DNA of 64,000 bases from Macrostomum lignano (taxonomy: Eukaryota): positions 1 to 64,000 of the forward strand of contig NIVC01000300.1 of assembly GCA_002269645.1 (NCBI GenBank), read 5' to 3'. Both the position numbers and the translations under genes were made by a program. Below, piece by piece: positions 48,238-60,559 of this stretch (the stretch's first letter is position 1; every line of letters starts with the position of its first letter). The notes beneath the pieces are model-generated. The model ran no database searches. It had not been told where the DNA came from and saw only the letters and a list, made by a program, of their open reading frames with translations.

Positions 48238-48990
48238 AGACACTGAGACAGACACTGAGACAGACACTGAGACTGATACTGAGACAGACACTGAGACAGA
48301 TACTAAGACAGGCACTGAGACACACTGAGACAGACACTGAGACAGACACTGAGACACACACTGAGACAGACACTGAGACAGACACTGAGACTGATACTGA
48401 GACAGACACTGAGACACACACTGAGACAGACACTGAGACACACACTGAGACAGACACTGAGACAGACACTGAGACTGATACTGAGACAGACACTGAGACA
48501 CACACTGAGACTGATACTGAGACACACACTGAGACAGATACTAAGACAGGCACTGAGACACACTGAGACAGACACTGAGACACACACTGAGACTGATACT
48601 GAGACACACTGAGACTGACACTGAGACACACACTGAGACTGATACTGAGACACACACTGAGACAGATACTAAGACAGGCACTGAGACACACTGAGACAGA
48701 CACTGAGACACACACTGAGACTGATACTGAGACACACACTGAGACTGACACTGAGACACACACTGAGACTGATACTGAGACACACACTGAGACTGATACT
48801 CAGGCACAAACTGAGACTGACACTGAGACACACACTAAGACAGACACTGAGACAGACACTGAGACTGATACTGAGACAGACACTGAGACAGACACTGAGA
48901 CTGATACTAAGACAGGCACTGAGACAGACACTGAGACAGACACTGAGACAGACACTGAAACATGCTCCGAGACAGACACAGAGATATACT
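48238..48990. repeat. 12-bp minisatellite
   Basis: ACTGAGACAGAC variants. Confidence 0.95.
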
Positions 48991-49489
48991 TGGACATTAA
49001 CTAGAACACATTGAGGCAAACAGCAAAAGGCAAAATGACTTTTTCACGGGCATGAAGCGACTTTCATTTTCGCTTTTTTGCAACAAAGAATCGCTTTATA
49101 GCCAGGAAGCGTCGGGTTCCGTCAGGCGAGACTCAAAGCGAAAGCGGCGCAAAAAAGCGCCAGTAAGTTTTGCAGATTCACAGCTTGAAAATTGGCGCGA
49201 AAAAAGCAGGCCTACTTCTGCAGTCTTTGATACCTGAGATCCCCGAGCTCTTTCTGTTACTAGGCGGGCACAGTCGGGCAGATGAATGCGTGGGCGGTTT
49301 GGCAAACAGAATTGGCCCGGTGTGACAGTTGAAGTCCTGCAGGATAACTTCTGCAGGGGCGGCCGGCTGGTTGGCAGCGGAAAACCCCCGCCGCATTTTA
49401 CTTTCAATAATGCAAAAATTAAAAACAATGAATGCTTTTTCATTTAATAAATTTATCGCGCTTAGGCTTTTACTCTACAGATGTTGAGG

Positions 49490-50110
49490 CTTGGTGACGC
49501 CCCTGCCTCTTGGGTGGAGGCCTCTGTCTTTTTGGCGAGGGCACTTCTGTCTGGCGCTCCCCTGTTTATTGCGCTCCTGTCAATTGGCTGGCGCCTCTGT
49601 CTCTGGGTGGCGCCCCTGCCTCTGGGTGGCGCCCCTGTCTCTTGGGTGGCGCCCCTGTCTCTTGGGTGGCGCCCCTGTCTCTTGGGTGGCGCCTCTGTCT
49701 CTTGGGTGGCGCCTGTTTCTGGGGTGGCGCCCCTGTCTCTTGGGTGCCGCCCCTGTCTCTTGGGTGGCGCCCCTGTCTCTTGGGTGGCGCCCCTGTCTCT
49801 TGGGTGGCGCCTCTGTCTCTTGGGTGGCGCCTGTTTCTGGGGTGGCGCCCCTGTCTCTGGGGTGCCGCCCCTGTCTCTTGGGTGGCGCCCCTGTCTCTTG
49901 GGTGGCGCCCCTGTTTCTTGGGTGGCGCCTCTGTCTCTTGGGTGCCGCCTCTGTCTCTGGGGTGGCGCCCCTGTCTCTGGGGTGGCGCCCCTGTCTCTTG
50001 GGTGGCGCCCCTTTCTCTTGGGTGCCGCCTCTGTCTCTGGGGTGGCGCCCCTGTTTCTGGGGTGGCGCCACTGTCTCTGGGATGGCGCCCCTGTCCCTGT
50101 TTCCTAGAAA
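49490..50110. repeat. 20-bp GC-rich minisatellite
   Basis: GGCGCCCCTGTCTCTTGGGT. Confidence 0.95.
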
Positions 50111-50735
50111 GTGCCGCCTCTGTCTCATCGTGGGCGCCATTGTGTCTTGGTAAGCATCACTGTTTATTGATGGACACCGGCGCGTCTTGATGGCTTCCTT
50201 CTTTTGTTTTTTTGGGCGGGGGTGTTCTTTGCGGCGTGATCTGAGGGCCTCTGAGACTCTGATATGGCAGCTCTGAGTACTCTACAGAGAACTGAGTGTT
50301 ACCCTACCGGGTGCCGCTTGAATGTCATTGGGATTTGCGTAGTCTCTAATCAATGCATTAAGGGGATTTAAAGCCAGTTCTTCTCCCCTATAAGGCATGC
50401 CACTCCCCTGTTTTTGAGGTTTTTGAGATTAAGATTGAGTCAGCGGGAGACTGACACATAGGGTGAGGATTAGCGTCTGCATCTGCATAGAGCTGATCCA
50501 CATGGAGGCACCGCGGCCAAACTCACTGACTATTTTTAGTCCCGAGGCTTCATACATGCACTGCATTTCAACAGAATTTGCTGTTTACATTCAATTACTG
50601 CACTAGCAGAGCGAAATAATTGATTGAGCAAATCCGGCAGCCACTGAGTCGGCAAAAACGCGGCAAAATCTTCTCTTTTTCGTGGGGGACTCTTTTGAAA
50701 GTCGAGCGCCAAAGCGGCGCCGGAAGCTGGGGCGG

Positions 50736-50770
50736 GGGCCAATGAGGCCGCAGCCCGGAAAGCATAAATA
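50736..50770 (+). promoter_or_regulatory. Candidate core promoter of the insulin-like gene
   Basis: GGCCAATG (CCAAT box) followed by CATAAATA at 50763-50770, about 90 nt upstream of the ATG. Confidence 0.45.
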
Positions 50771-50855
50771 GGGGATGGCTTGAGCTGTCCCGGGCAGCAT
50801 CCAGAGACACCGGCCCCGTGAGAGCAACCGCGCAGTTGCCTGAGACAAAACCAAC

Positions 50856-51427
50856 ATGAACACCTTCGCGCTGACCGCCCTGGCTTTTGCCTGCCTCACC
50901 GCCTCCTGCGCGGCCTACAAGGATCCGGTAAGTCCCTCTCTCTTGAATCTCCCATGCCAGGACTCGCCTCCGTGCAGCCACTCGCCAACCGGCCTCGCAA
51001 CCTGATTCGCAGAATGAGTCAATCAACGAGTGCGGCGAGCGTCTGGTGCAGGAGCTCCGGAACGCCTGCGCTGACCGCGGCGGGGTCTACGACAGCACCA
51101 GCGGCATCTACGGGCAGCTCGTGAGCCGGCGCCGGCAGAGACTGGCCACCGCGGCACTGCTGGACCGTGCGTGTCTTGCTGCAAACTTGCCCAGTGCATT
51201 TTCTCCTCTCTCTTCCCAATAGGGAATCCCCAGCAGCAAACCCGTTGCAAACTCGCCCCGTCTCGCTGCCCGCAGGCGTCGCCGCCAGCAAGAGGAGCAG
51301 CGTGCCGAGCATCTTCGACCTTGGCTGCCGGCTCAACAAGAGCAACGACGTGGTGAACCAGTGCTGCTGCCGCTGGTGCCGCGTCTCCTACCTGCAGCAG
51401 TTCTGCGCCCTGCCTGAGCCCGTCTGA
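50856..51427 (+). CDS. Insulin-like peptide precursor, 125 aa. Exons: 50856-50927, 51013-51166, 51276-51427
   Basis: Signal peptide MNTFALTALAFACLTASCAA; B chain ECGERLVQELRNAC; basic sites RRR and KR; A chain CC-x3-C-x8-C (VVNQCCCRWCRVSYLQQFC). Phases 0 and 1 are consistent. AATAAA at 51512. Confidence 0.92.
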
Positions 51428-52493
51428 GTCCGAGTTGAGCTGCCTCTCTGATCCGGAGTGACAAAGCTCGAATGAATTTGACAAACTTGCCACCAATACG
51501 ATATTAACATGAATAAAAAATTCATTGAAATCGAACGCAGAGAGTTCTGCGACCAAAAAGTTTCCCAAATAACTCTCAAAATCATGGCTCTTTTGGCGTA
51601 CGGACATTTTAGCTCTGTGTTTCCCACTGCATCTGCGCGTAGCGTTTCGTCGAAGGATGTTTCACAAGCTCGTTGGGAAAAATCTGTAAAATTAAATATG
51701 GCCTTTTCAGGCCATTTGGGCTTACATGCATTTAATTCAATCCAAGACACGCTTGCCAGTGCAGTGGAGCTTTTGTCTATGGTAGCAAGGCTGGCACAGC
51801 GGCACTTAATTTGGTCCAAACCCTCGTCAGTCATTCGGCAAACTGTCAGCGTCTCTACCAACAATTTTCAGTGCCTTTTCCAGAGCTCTTCTGATAGTCA
51901 AAATCTGATAACCAATCAGAACTGTTCCTTCAACTTTGCTGCATTTTCTGCTCCGTCACCAAAGGGTTCGACCTGGGGCTGAGGCTCTCGACCAACTTGC
52001 CTTGGCGATTGCCACCCTTTCGTAGGCGACCTCTGCCGGCAGTGGTTTCAACGCGCCGATGGATGCTGTTAACCATCTTTTCTTTTATATTCAACAATCT
52101 TACAACCTTACAATGTCATTTGGGTGTTCATTTATGTCGAGCGCTTCGATCACAAGCCAATGGCATTCGTTCATCAGCCTAGCATAGGGTCATAGTGACT
52201 GATCTTACTCCTCCAAAGCAGTTGCTAATGGAGGTGCGCGTAAGCCCAAATGGGCTGCACAAATCTAGTATATTACTTCAGATAGATTACAACGCTCTAA
52301 ATACAGACTTAAGATTTTAAAACAGATTTCGCAAATCCATATACTAAAAATGGGGTTTCGCCATAAACTATAGTTGAGAAACTTCAGAAGTTCGGAAGAT
52401 GCGGCATTGTGAGCTTATTGCGTAAAATTGCAAACTCGCGCGGGTTCTGAGGCCAGCCAATCAGTCGAGACAGCCAATCGGCTAGCGATCCTG

Positions 52494-52824
52494 TGAGTCA
52501 CATGCTATGGCTGCTGAGTCACACATGCTATGGCTGCTGAGTCACACATGCTATGGCTGCTGAGTCACACATGCTATGGCTGCTGAGTCACACATGCTAT
52601 GGCTGCTGAGTCACACATGCTATGGCTGCTGAGTCACACATGCTATGGCTGCTGAGTCACACATGCTATGGCTGCTGAGTCACACATGCTATGGCTGCTG
52701 AGTCACACATGCTATGGCTGCTGAGTCACACATGCTATGGCTGCTGAGTCACACATGCTATGGCTGCTGAGTCACACATGCTATGGCTGCTGAGTCACAC
52801 ATGCTATGGCTGCTGAGTCACACA
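52494..52824. repeat. 23-bp minisatellite (about 15 copies) ending at the ILP2 B-exon acceptor
   Basis: TGAGTCACACATGCTATGGCTGC. Confidence 0.97.
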
Positions 52825-52833
52825 TACTCGCAG

Positions 52834-55294
52834 GCCCGCTGGCTGACCGAGTGCGGCCTCCGCCTGATCGAGGAGGTGACCGCCGCCTGCGCCGACTGGG
52901 GCGGCGTCTACGACAGCACCGCCGGCCTGTACGAAGACAAGCGAGGGACGGCGTTGCGGCGGCTGAGTGAGTTAGCCATGGACCCTGCAGCCGACCTGGA
53001 CTGGAAGGGATCAGTTAAGAGCTACTGAACCATGGACCCTGCAGCCCTCCTGGACTGGAAGGGAGCTTCGAGTTTACTAAATCATAGACTCCGCAGACTA
53101 TCTGGACTGGTAGAGAGCTTGGAGGCTACTGAACCATGGACCCTGCAGCCTATCTGGACTGGAAGGGAGCTTGGAGCTTACTGAACCATGGACCTGCAGT
53201 TCACCTGGACTGGAAGGGAGCTTGGAGCCAACTGAACCATGGACCCTGCAGCCCACCTGGACTGGAAGGGAGCTTGGAGCCAACTGAACCATGGACCCTG
53301 CAGCCCACCTGGACTGGAAGGGAGCTTGGAGCTTACTGAACCAAGGACCCTGCAGCCCACCTGGACTGGAAGGAAGCTTGGAGCCAACTGAACCATGGAC
53401 CTGCAGCCCACCTGGACTGGAAGGGAGCTTGGAGCTTACTGAACCATGGACCCTGCAGCCCACCTGGACTGGAAGGGAGCTTCGAGCTTACTGAACCATG
53501 GACCCTGCAGCCCACCTGGACTGGAAGGGAGCTTGGAGCTTACTGAACCATGGACCCTGCAGCCCACCTGGACTGGAAGGGAGCTTGGAGCCAACTGAAC
53601 CATGGACCCTGCAGCCCACCTGGACTGGAAGGGAGCTTGGAGCTTACTGAACCAAGGACCCTGCAGCCCACCTGGACTGGAAGGAAGCTTGGAGCCAACT
53701 GAACCATGGACCTGCAGCCCACCTGGACTGGAAGGGAGCTTGGAGCTTACTGAACCATGGACCCTGCAGCCCACCTGGACTGGAAGGGAGCTTCGAGCCA
53801 ACTGAACCATGGACCCTGCAGCCCACCTGGACTGGAAGGGAGCTTGGAGCTTACTGAACCATGGACCCTGCAGCCCACCTGGACTGGAAGGGAGCTTCGA
53901 GCTTACTGAACCATGGACCCTGCAGCCCACCTGGACTGGAAGGGAGCTTGGAGCTTACTGAACCATGGACCCTGCAGCCCACCTGGACTGGAAGGGAGCT
54001 TGGAGCCAACTGAACCATGGACCCTGCAGCCCACCTGGACTGGAAGGGAGCTTGGAGCTTACTGAACCAAGGACCCTGCAGCCCACCTGGACTGGAAGGA
54101 AGCTTGGAGCCAACTGAACCATGGACCTGCAGCCCACCTGGACTGGAAGGGAGCTTGGAGCTTACTGAACCATGGACCCTGCAGCCCACCTGGACTGGAA
54201 GGGAGCTTCGAGCCAACTGAACCATGGACCCTGCAGCCCACCTGGACTGGAAGGGAGCTTGGAGCTTACTGAACCATGGACCCTGCAGCCCACCTGGACT
54301 GGAAGGGAGCTTCGAGCCAACTGAACCATGGACCTGCAGTTCACCTGGACTGGAAGGGAGCTTGGAGCTTACTGAACCATGGACCCTGCAGCCCACCTGG
54401 ACTGGAAGGAAGCTTGGAGCCAACTGAACCATGGACCTGCAGCCCACCTGGACTGGAAGGGAGCTTGGAGCTTACTGAACCATGGACCCTGCAGCCCACC
54501 TGGACTGGAAGGGAGCTTGGAGCTTACTGAACCATGGACCCTGAAGCCCACCTGGACTGGAAGGAAGCTTGGAGCCAACTGTACCATGGACCTGCAGCCC
54601 ACCTGGACTGGAAGGAAGCTTGGAGCCAACTGAACCATGGACCCTGAAGCCCACCTGGACTGGAAGGGAGCTTCGAGCTTACTGAACCATGGACCCTGCA
54701 GCCTATCTGGACTGGAAGGGAGCTTGGAGCCAACTGAACCATGGACCCTGCAGCCTATCTGGATTGGAAGGGAGCTTGGAGCCAACTGAACCATGGACCC
54801 TGCAGCCTATCTGGATTGGAAGGGAGCTTGGAGCCAACTGAACCATGGACCCTGCAGCCTATCTGGACTGGAAGGGAGCTTGGAGCCAACTGAACCATGG
54901 ACCCTGCAGCCTATCTGGATTGGAAGGGAGCTTGGAGCCAACTGAACCATGGACCCTGCAGCCTATCTGGATTGGAAGGGAGCTTGGAGCCAACTGAACC
55001 ATGGACCCTGCAGCCCATCTGAACTGGAAGGGAGCTTGGGGCTTCTTTTACCTAAAATCCTCGCCCATCAACCTCTGGTAGTCATTGACATATTTAAATT
55101 CATCAGTCTAATATTTTCCAGCTACCCAGCCGCTGGCCAGCAAGCGCCAGAGGTCGCTAAGCCAGCTGAGGTGTCTCACAAGGAGCGACGACATTGTTTA
55201 CAATTGGTGCTGCAAATTCTGCCGAGTGTCCTACCTGCCAATCCGATCTGAGCTCCGACCAGCGCAAATCGGCAGGCAAAGGAGATTATTATAA
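52834..55294 (+). CDS. Second insulin-like B-chain exon (52834-52966) and A-chain exon (55122-55294); diverged duplicate, possibly a pseudogene; no signal exon of its own identified
   Basis: ARWLTECGLRLIEEVTAACADWGGVYDSTAGLY and ASKRQRSLSQLRCLTRSDDIVYNWCCKFCRVSYL align with the upstream gene. Intron phases are identical. Confidence 0.8.
52975..55040. repeat. 52-bp minisatellite (about 40 copies) filling ILP2 intron 2, with higher-order variants
   Basis: CCATGGACCCTGCAGCCCACCTGGACTGGAAGGGAGCTTGGAGCTTACTGAA; the CCAAGG variant recurs at 53341, 53652 and 54067. Confidence 0.97.
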
Positions 55295-55651
55295 CACCGA
55301 TTAATTCTACAAAATCCCAATGCAAGGCTCTCCCCAGATTACTGAAAATTATTTTTCCAGATTTTTGTTTACAAATTTTTAATAAAGCGGTCAAGAAAAG
55401 TATATCAAAGGCATAATCAACAGAGAAAATACTCGATTTTAACAAAATTAATTACCAGCTATTAATTGACTGCCCTGGCTAAAATATCCCTCTTTTCTAC
55501 GAAATTTTTCTTTGTGTAAACAATTCATTCGCAAAAAAGCATGTCCTTATAAGCTACTCACGGAATGCGAGGAGTAGCATGAAAGAATATTACAAGCGCA
55601 AATAGAGGGAAAAGTTCATAATGAAGATAACTCTCAAAAAACTAAAACTAA

Positions 55652-55655
55652 GTAG

Positions 55656-55698
<43 letters not shown>

Positions 55699-55699
55699 G

Positions 55700-55754
<55 letters not shown>

Positions 55755-55755
55755 G

Positions 55756-55823
<68 letters not shown>

Positions 55824-55828
55824 TTAAT

Positions 55829-55879
<51 letters not shown>

Positions 55880-55892
55880 TTAATTAATTAAT

Positions 55893-55947
<55 letters not shown>

Positions 55948-55952
55948 TTAAT

Positions 55953-55989
<37 letters not shown>

Positions 55990-56024
55990 GACTAACTAAC
56001 TAATTAATTAACTAACTAACTAAT

Positions 56025-56075
<51 letters not shown>

Positions 56076-56080
56076 TTAAT

Positions 56081-56127
<47 letters not shown>

Positions 56128-56140
56128 TTAATTAATTAAT

Positions 56141-56221
<81 letters not shown>

Positions 56222-56222
56222 G

Positions 56223-56253
<31 letters not shown>

Positions 56254-56272
56254 GACTAACTAACTAATTAAT

Positions 56273-56303
<31 letters not shown>

Positions 56304-56316
56304 TTAACTAACAAAT

Positions 56317-56352
<36 letters not shown>

Positions 56353-56353
56353 G

Positions 56354-56405
<52 letters not shown>

Positions 56406-56424
56406 GACTAACTAACTAATTAAT

Positions 56425-56459
<35 letters not shown>

Positions 56460-56472
56460 TTAACTAACTAAT

Positions 56473-56559
<87 letters not shown>

Positions 56560-56600
56560 ATAACTAACTAACTAAAAACTAACTCACTCACTCACTCACT
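55652..56600. repeat. (TAAC)n microsatellite with TAAT variants
   Basis: Tetranucleotide run. Confidence 0.98.
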
Positions 56601-57261
56601 TCACATGGACCTTCTTAGGGCGTAATTATTTCCACAAGAACGTGAAATGATGAAGTTGCAGAATACATTTGCGATTCTAAAGAATTTCTTCCAGTTTGGT
56701 TTTCAGCAGTAGTTAGGGAGAAGTTCATCACTGAAGCCGGTCCTCTCCTGGGGAAACTTGTCACAAAAATAAAAAAGCAATTTTAAAATTTCAACTCATC
56801 CAAGCTGGAGACCACATTGGTAGGTAGAGTTCTTGATCTTAGAGAGGACTCAGGGCTGGGTGCTGCAGCTGTAGTTCGGGTCAGTCTCCAGACGTCTGCT
56901 CACTTTGCCTTCCCTAACACTATTCTACAAAAGGTTCCCAATGCCCTGTAAAATTCGTTAGTGAGTCAAGTTCTCAACCAGTTATTTCCATGCATGCAGA
57001 TGAAAGCAGCTGGCACTGGAGCTTCACGCCACATCTCTGGAGCAGACTATTTTTAATATTGACTCACAGCGTCATTTCCAATCCTCACCTGTGAAGCAGT
57101 GCGATTGACAATCAATCGTTTTCAATTACTGCAGCCTTTCATTTTCCAGCAGACAATTTTCGGTAACGAATTCGCTTTGCTTGTACTTTAGTTTGTCTAA
57201 AGTACTTCTATGAAAGAATGCTAAAAATGCTCAACAGATCTAGGACGCATTTTGTGTGAGC

Positions 57262-57335
57262 GCGAGTGCCGTAGCCCAGCGGTCTGCGCAGCGCTCGGAT
57301 GTGCCAGCGGCCCAGGCTCGATTCCAAGTGCAGTC
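57262..57335 (+). mobile_element. tRNA-related head of a possible SINE; 3' extent unknown
   Basis: Pol III A box TAGCCCAGCGG (57272-57282) and degenerate B box GGCTCGATTCC (57315-57325). No convincing cloverleaf. Confidence 0.35.
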
Positions 57336-58448
57336 ACATTAATTTGGGGCTAAATTGGATTCTCAGCTTGGCTCTGCTTGTGCAGTTAGCGGCCTTGAGA
57401 CCCAACCACACCAAGGCACAGTGAAGTCTACATGCCTAACAACATATAAAGTCCTGTGTGACTGCGTACGTATCCGCGCGCTTGTGTGCCTGCTAAGGGG
57501 AGTCGGCGGAATGGGCAGTAATGCCTCTTGCAATGGTCTCGGTTGTGTGACAATGTCGCTTAAAGTGCGCCAGGGTGCGCACAGCCCCTGCCTCTCATAA
57601 AAAATGGCACGAGTGCGTGCCTGCTCACACAGTACCTGCGCAATTGCAAGTGCTCAGAAGTCAGCACAATTGCCTCACTGCGCTGGATGTGGGACGATTT
57701 CGCGTGTACGTGCAGTCCCTGCAGCAATCATTATGATTACAATAAGTCCCAGTCTTATAGTCGCTTTCACGGTGATTTTTAAAGTAGCTCTTAGGTGCTT
57801 TTGAAGCTGCGGATGTCTGTCAGGTAAATACAGTCCGGAGCAGAACATTTTGTGTCCGTAGCAACGAATTCGGGGTTAACAAAATGAGCACCGGAGAATG
57901 AAGCAGAAGGAATTGAAAGCTATTTCAGCAGCTAACACGCTGATAGCAGACTACGCTCGTAAAGAAGACTGCTAGCGTGATGCACTCAAGGACTGCTAGA
58001 AATTGGGCTGGGTGTTTTGTTTCTCAGAAAACTCCTTGCAGCTGTACATTGACTGGCCTATCGTTGACCCCTCGAAGCCACTAGCTGTAATATGAGCCAG
58101 CTTTTAGCTGATGGTTTCAATTTCCTGCATAAATTTTCCTTTAAAATCACCAGCAATTGCCATTTGTATGTCCGAGTCTTCTGCTAATTGTGTGAGCGGA
58201 GAGACCGTCAGTCCAGCTCTGATTGGCGTGGACATTCCGTCTGCAGCGTTTAAACTGAGAGACCAATGGAAGCAGAGGCCTTCTGTATCGTCATTCGTTC
58301 TTGGGGAGAATATAGAGGGGTATAACTTGCAGAGCCACGACTTTTGCTTCGACTCAGTTACTGCGCTCGGTTGTACAAAGAGCTCTGATTCAAAGCTGCC
58401 TTTACAGAACAATAAAGAGCAACCTCGTTCATTCTACGAAGACCAGCG

Positions 58449-58988
58449 ATGCGTTTCTGCGGAACAGGCAGCGTCATTGCCGCTCTAGCCGTGGCTGCTC
58501 TGGTTGTCATGGCAACTGCAGAAGAGCATGACGACAGTCATGCTAGCAAGAAAAGTGTAGCAGCTGAGAGCAGCGACGACAAGAGGGCCTACTATGCCAG
58601 TCCTAGGCTGGGAAAGAAGGCTTGGTACGTCAGCCCTCGTCTCGGCAAGAAGGCCTGGTACGTCAGCCCTCGTCTCGGCAAGAAGGCCTGGTACGTCAGC
58701 CCACGCCTCGGCAAGAAGGCCTGGTACGTCAGCCCACGCCTCGGCAAGAAGGCCTGGTACGTCAGCCCACGCCTCGGCAAGAAGGCCTGGTACGTCAGCC
58801 CACGCCTCGGCAAGAAGGCCTGGTACGTCAGCCCACGCCTCGGCAAGAAGGCCTGGTACGTCAGCCCACGCCTCGGCAAGAAGGCCTGGTACGTCAGCCC
58901 ACGCCTCGGCAAGAAGGCCTATTACAAGAGCCCCAGGCTTGGAGGCAAGCGAGGCTCGATGGACGCCATCGATGACGAGTCGGACTAG
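58449..58988 (+). CDS. Amidated neuropeptide precursor (PRXamide / pyrokinin-like): 9x AWYVSPRLamide, 1x AYYASPRLamide, 1x AYYKSPRLG(amide)
   Basis: Signal peptide, acidic spacer, and peptides flanked by KR/KK with a C-terminal Gly amide donor. TATAAC at 58321 and AATAAA at 59290. Confidence 0.95.
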   Translation: MRFCGTGSVIAALAVAALVVMATAEEHDDSHASKKSVAAESSDDKRAYYASPRLGKKAWYVSPRLGKKAWYVSPRLGKKAWYVSPRLGKKAWYVSPRLGKKAWYVSPRLGKKAWYVSPRLGKKAWYVSPRLGKKAWYVSPRLGKKAWYVSPRLGKKAYYKSPRLGGKRGSMDAIDDESD

Positions 58989-59469
58989 ATCCGGCCTGTA
59001 ACAAACGTGTTGAAGCCCTGCAACGTCATTCCCGAGAGTTCCTCCGCACCAAGCCCAAAGTTATCTCAGTCCCGCATTGCAAAGACCCTCCCGTGAAAAA
59101 AACCAATCAAAGTGGCGGCAAGAAGAGGCGGCTTACGGTAGCGACATTGTCTACTGGGACTATCCGAAGCACAGACGCTCTTTACTGATTCCAATTGCTT
59201 GTTGTACTAATCAGTTCGTGGTTCGAAACGTCCCAAAAATGCTCTGTCCTCGATCGCATAAATATCTAATACACCGCGACTAAGTAATCAATAAATCTCT
59301 TTGGCGAGTGATTCTAGCCAGCAGACTGATGGCAATATGCCCGCAAACTGTCTTTCTGTCGCGTTTTATTGTTGTTCATATTTACTATTTAGAAAGGAAC
59401 AATGGGAGGCTAAATGAAAATCGCTTAGTGCGAGCATGCTTTATCCCACTCTATCTTTCAGAGGACCCA

Positions 59470-59715
59470 CAAAGGTTGCAAGCGGAGGAAAAGTAGCTCT
59501 GACTCTGACAATCTGACTCTTGACAGATCTGGCTCTGACAATCTGACTCTTGACAGATCTGGCTCTGACAATCTGACTCTTGACAGATCTGGCTCTGACA
59601 ATCTGACTCTTGACAGATCTGGCTCTGACAATCTGACTCTTGACAGATCTGGCTCTGACAATCTGACTCTTGACAGATCTGGCTCTGACAATCTGACTCT
59701 TGACAGATCTGACTC
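59470..59715. repeat. 30-bp minisatellite
   Basis: CTCTGACAATCTGACTCTTGACAGATCTGG. Confidence 0.95.
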
Positions 59716-60559
59716 AGACGTCAAAGTACATTAATTTTTGGGCTCGTGCAGGAAAATTAGCCTGGAGCTTGTTACGCAGTGGATCAGGCGAGAGCCAACC
59801 CTCAAGGCGCAGTGTGTACATGCGTGAGTATGAAACAGTCAGGACTGCAGTGTGAGCTGTGTAAGCGTGTGCCTGCCTACGCATCCGGTTCAGAGGTTTG
59901 CCGTATCCACGGTCGCCTTGATTTGTTCAAAGTCGCACTGCAAACTAAGGTTGGTAGCATCAGGAGCTTCAGGAACTTTAGGAATTCAGCCATTATAGCT
60001 TGATTTTTCGCGAAGAACGACGCACAATGGCGCGCGTGTGACTCAAATTATTATGGCTGAGCACAAATGGATATCGGGTGTCAATCCGGTGCCATTTGCT
60101 ACAGCCTAAACGCCCCACACACCTCGGGCTCATTATCGGGCTCGTCAGATAAGAATTCCCGACCAGCCCATCGCTAAGTATGCACGCAAAACGATGAAGC
60201 TAGTGGATAGAGATGCAACAGATGAATTGTGGAATAGAGCAGCTCATTTACAGCATGCCATCCCTCCATACGGCAGGGCAACTCGCGATAATGTAGCCGT
60301 GAATTATCGTTTCATTTCTAAGTGCACAAATTCAGCTAGATGGAGTGGAATGGGTAGAGGACAAAAGGCGATACGATCCGGTAGAGTTGCCACCCGACTT
60401 GCAGGCAGAGGTGTCGTAACGCAGGAGATACCTCGAATACCCAAATATTGATTGGCTGCAGTGAGATGAAACGAGCTGTGATATCAAAGTGCATAGCACC
60501 TAAGCGTTCCAGCTCGTGTATTGAAGGGGGTATATTGGTATATTGATTGATTGCCAATA

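Noticed and set aside
51205-51222. Strong-looking acceptor TCTCTTCCCAATAG for the insulin A exon
   Set aside because: It needs a phase-2 donor. Both cassettes use phase 1, which fits only the acceptor at 51275.
57262-57335. tRNA gene
   Set aside because: A and B boxes are present, but the B box is degenerate and acceptor and anticodon stems do not pair convincingly. Kept only as a possible SINE head.
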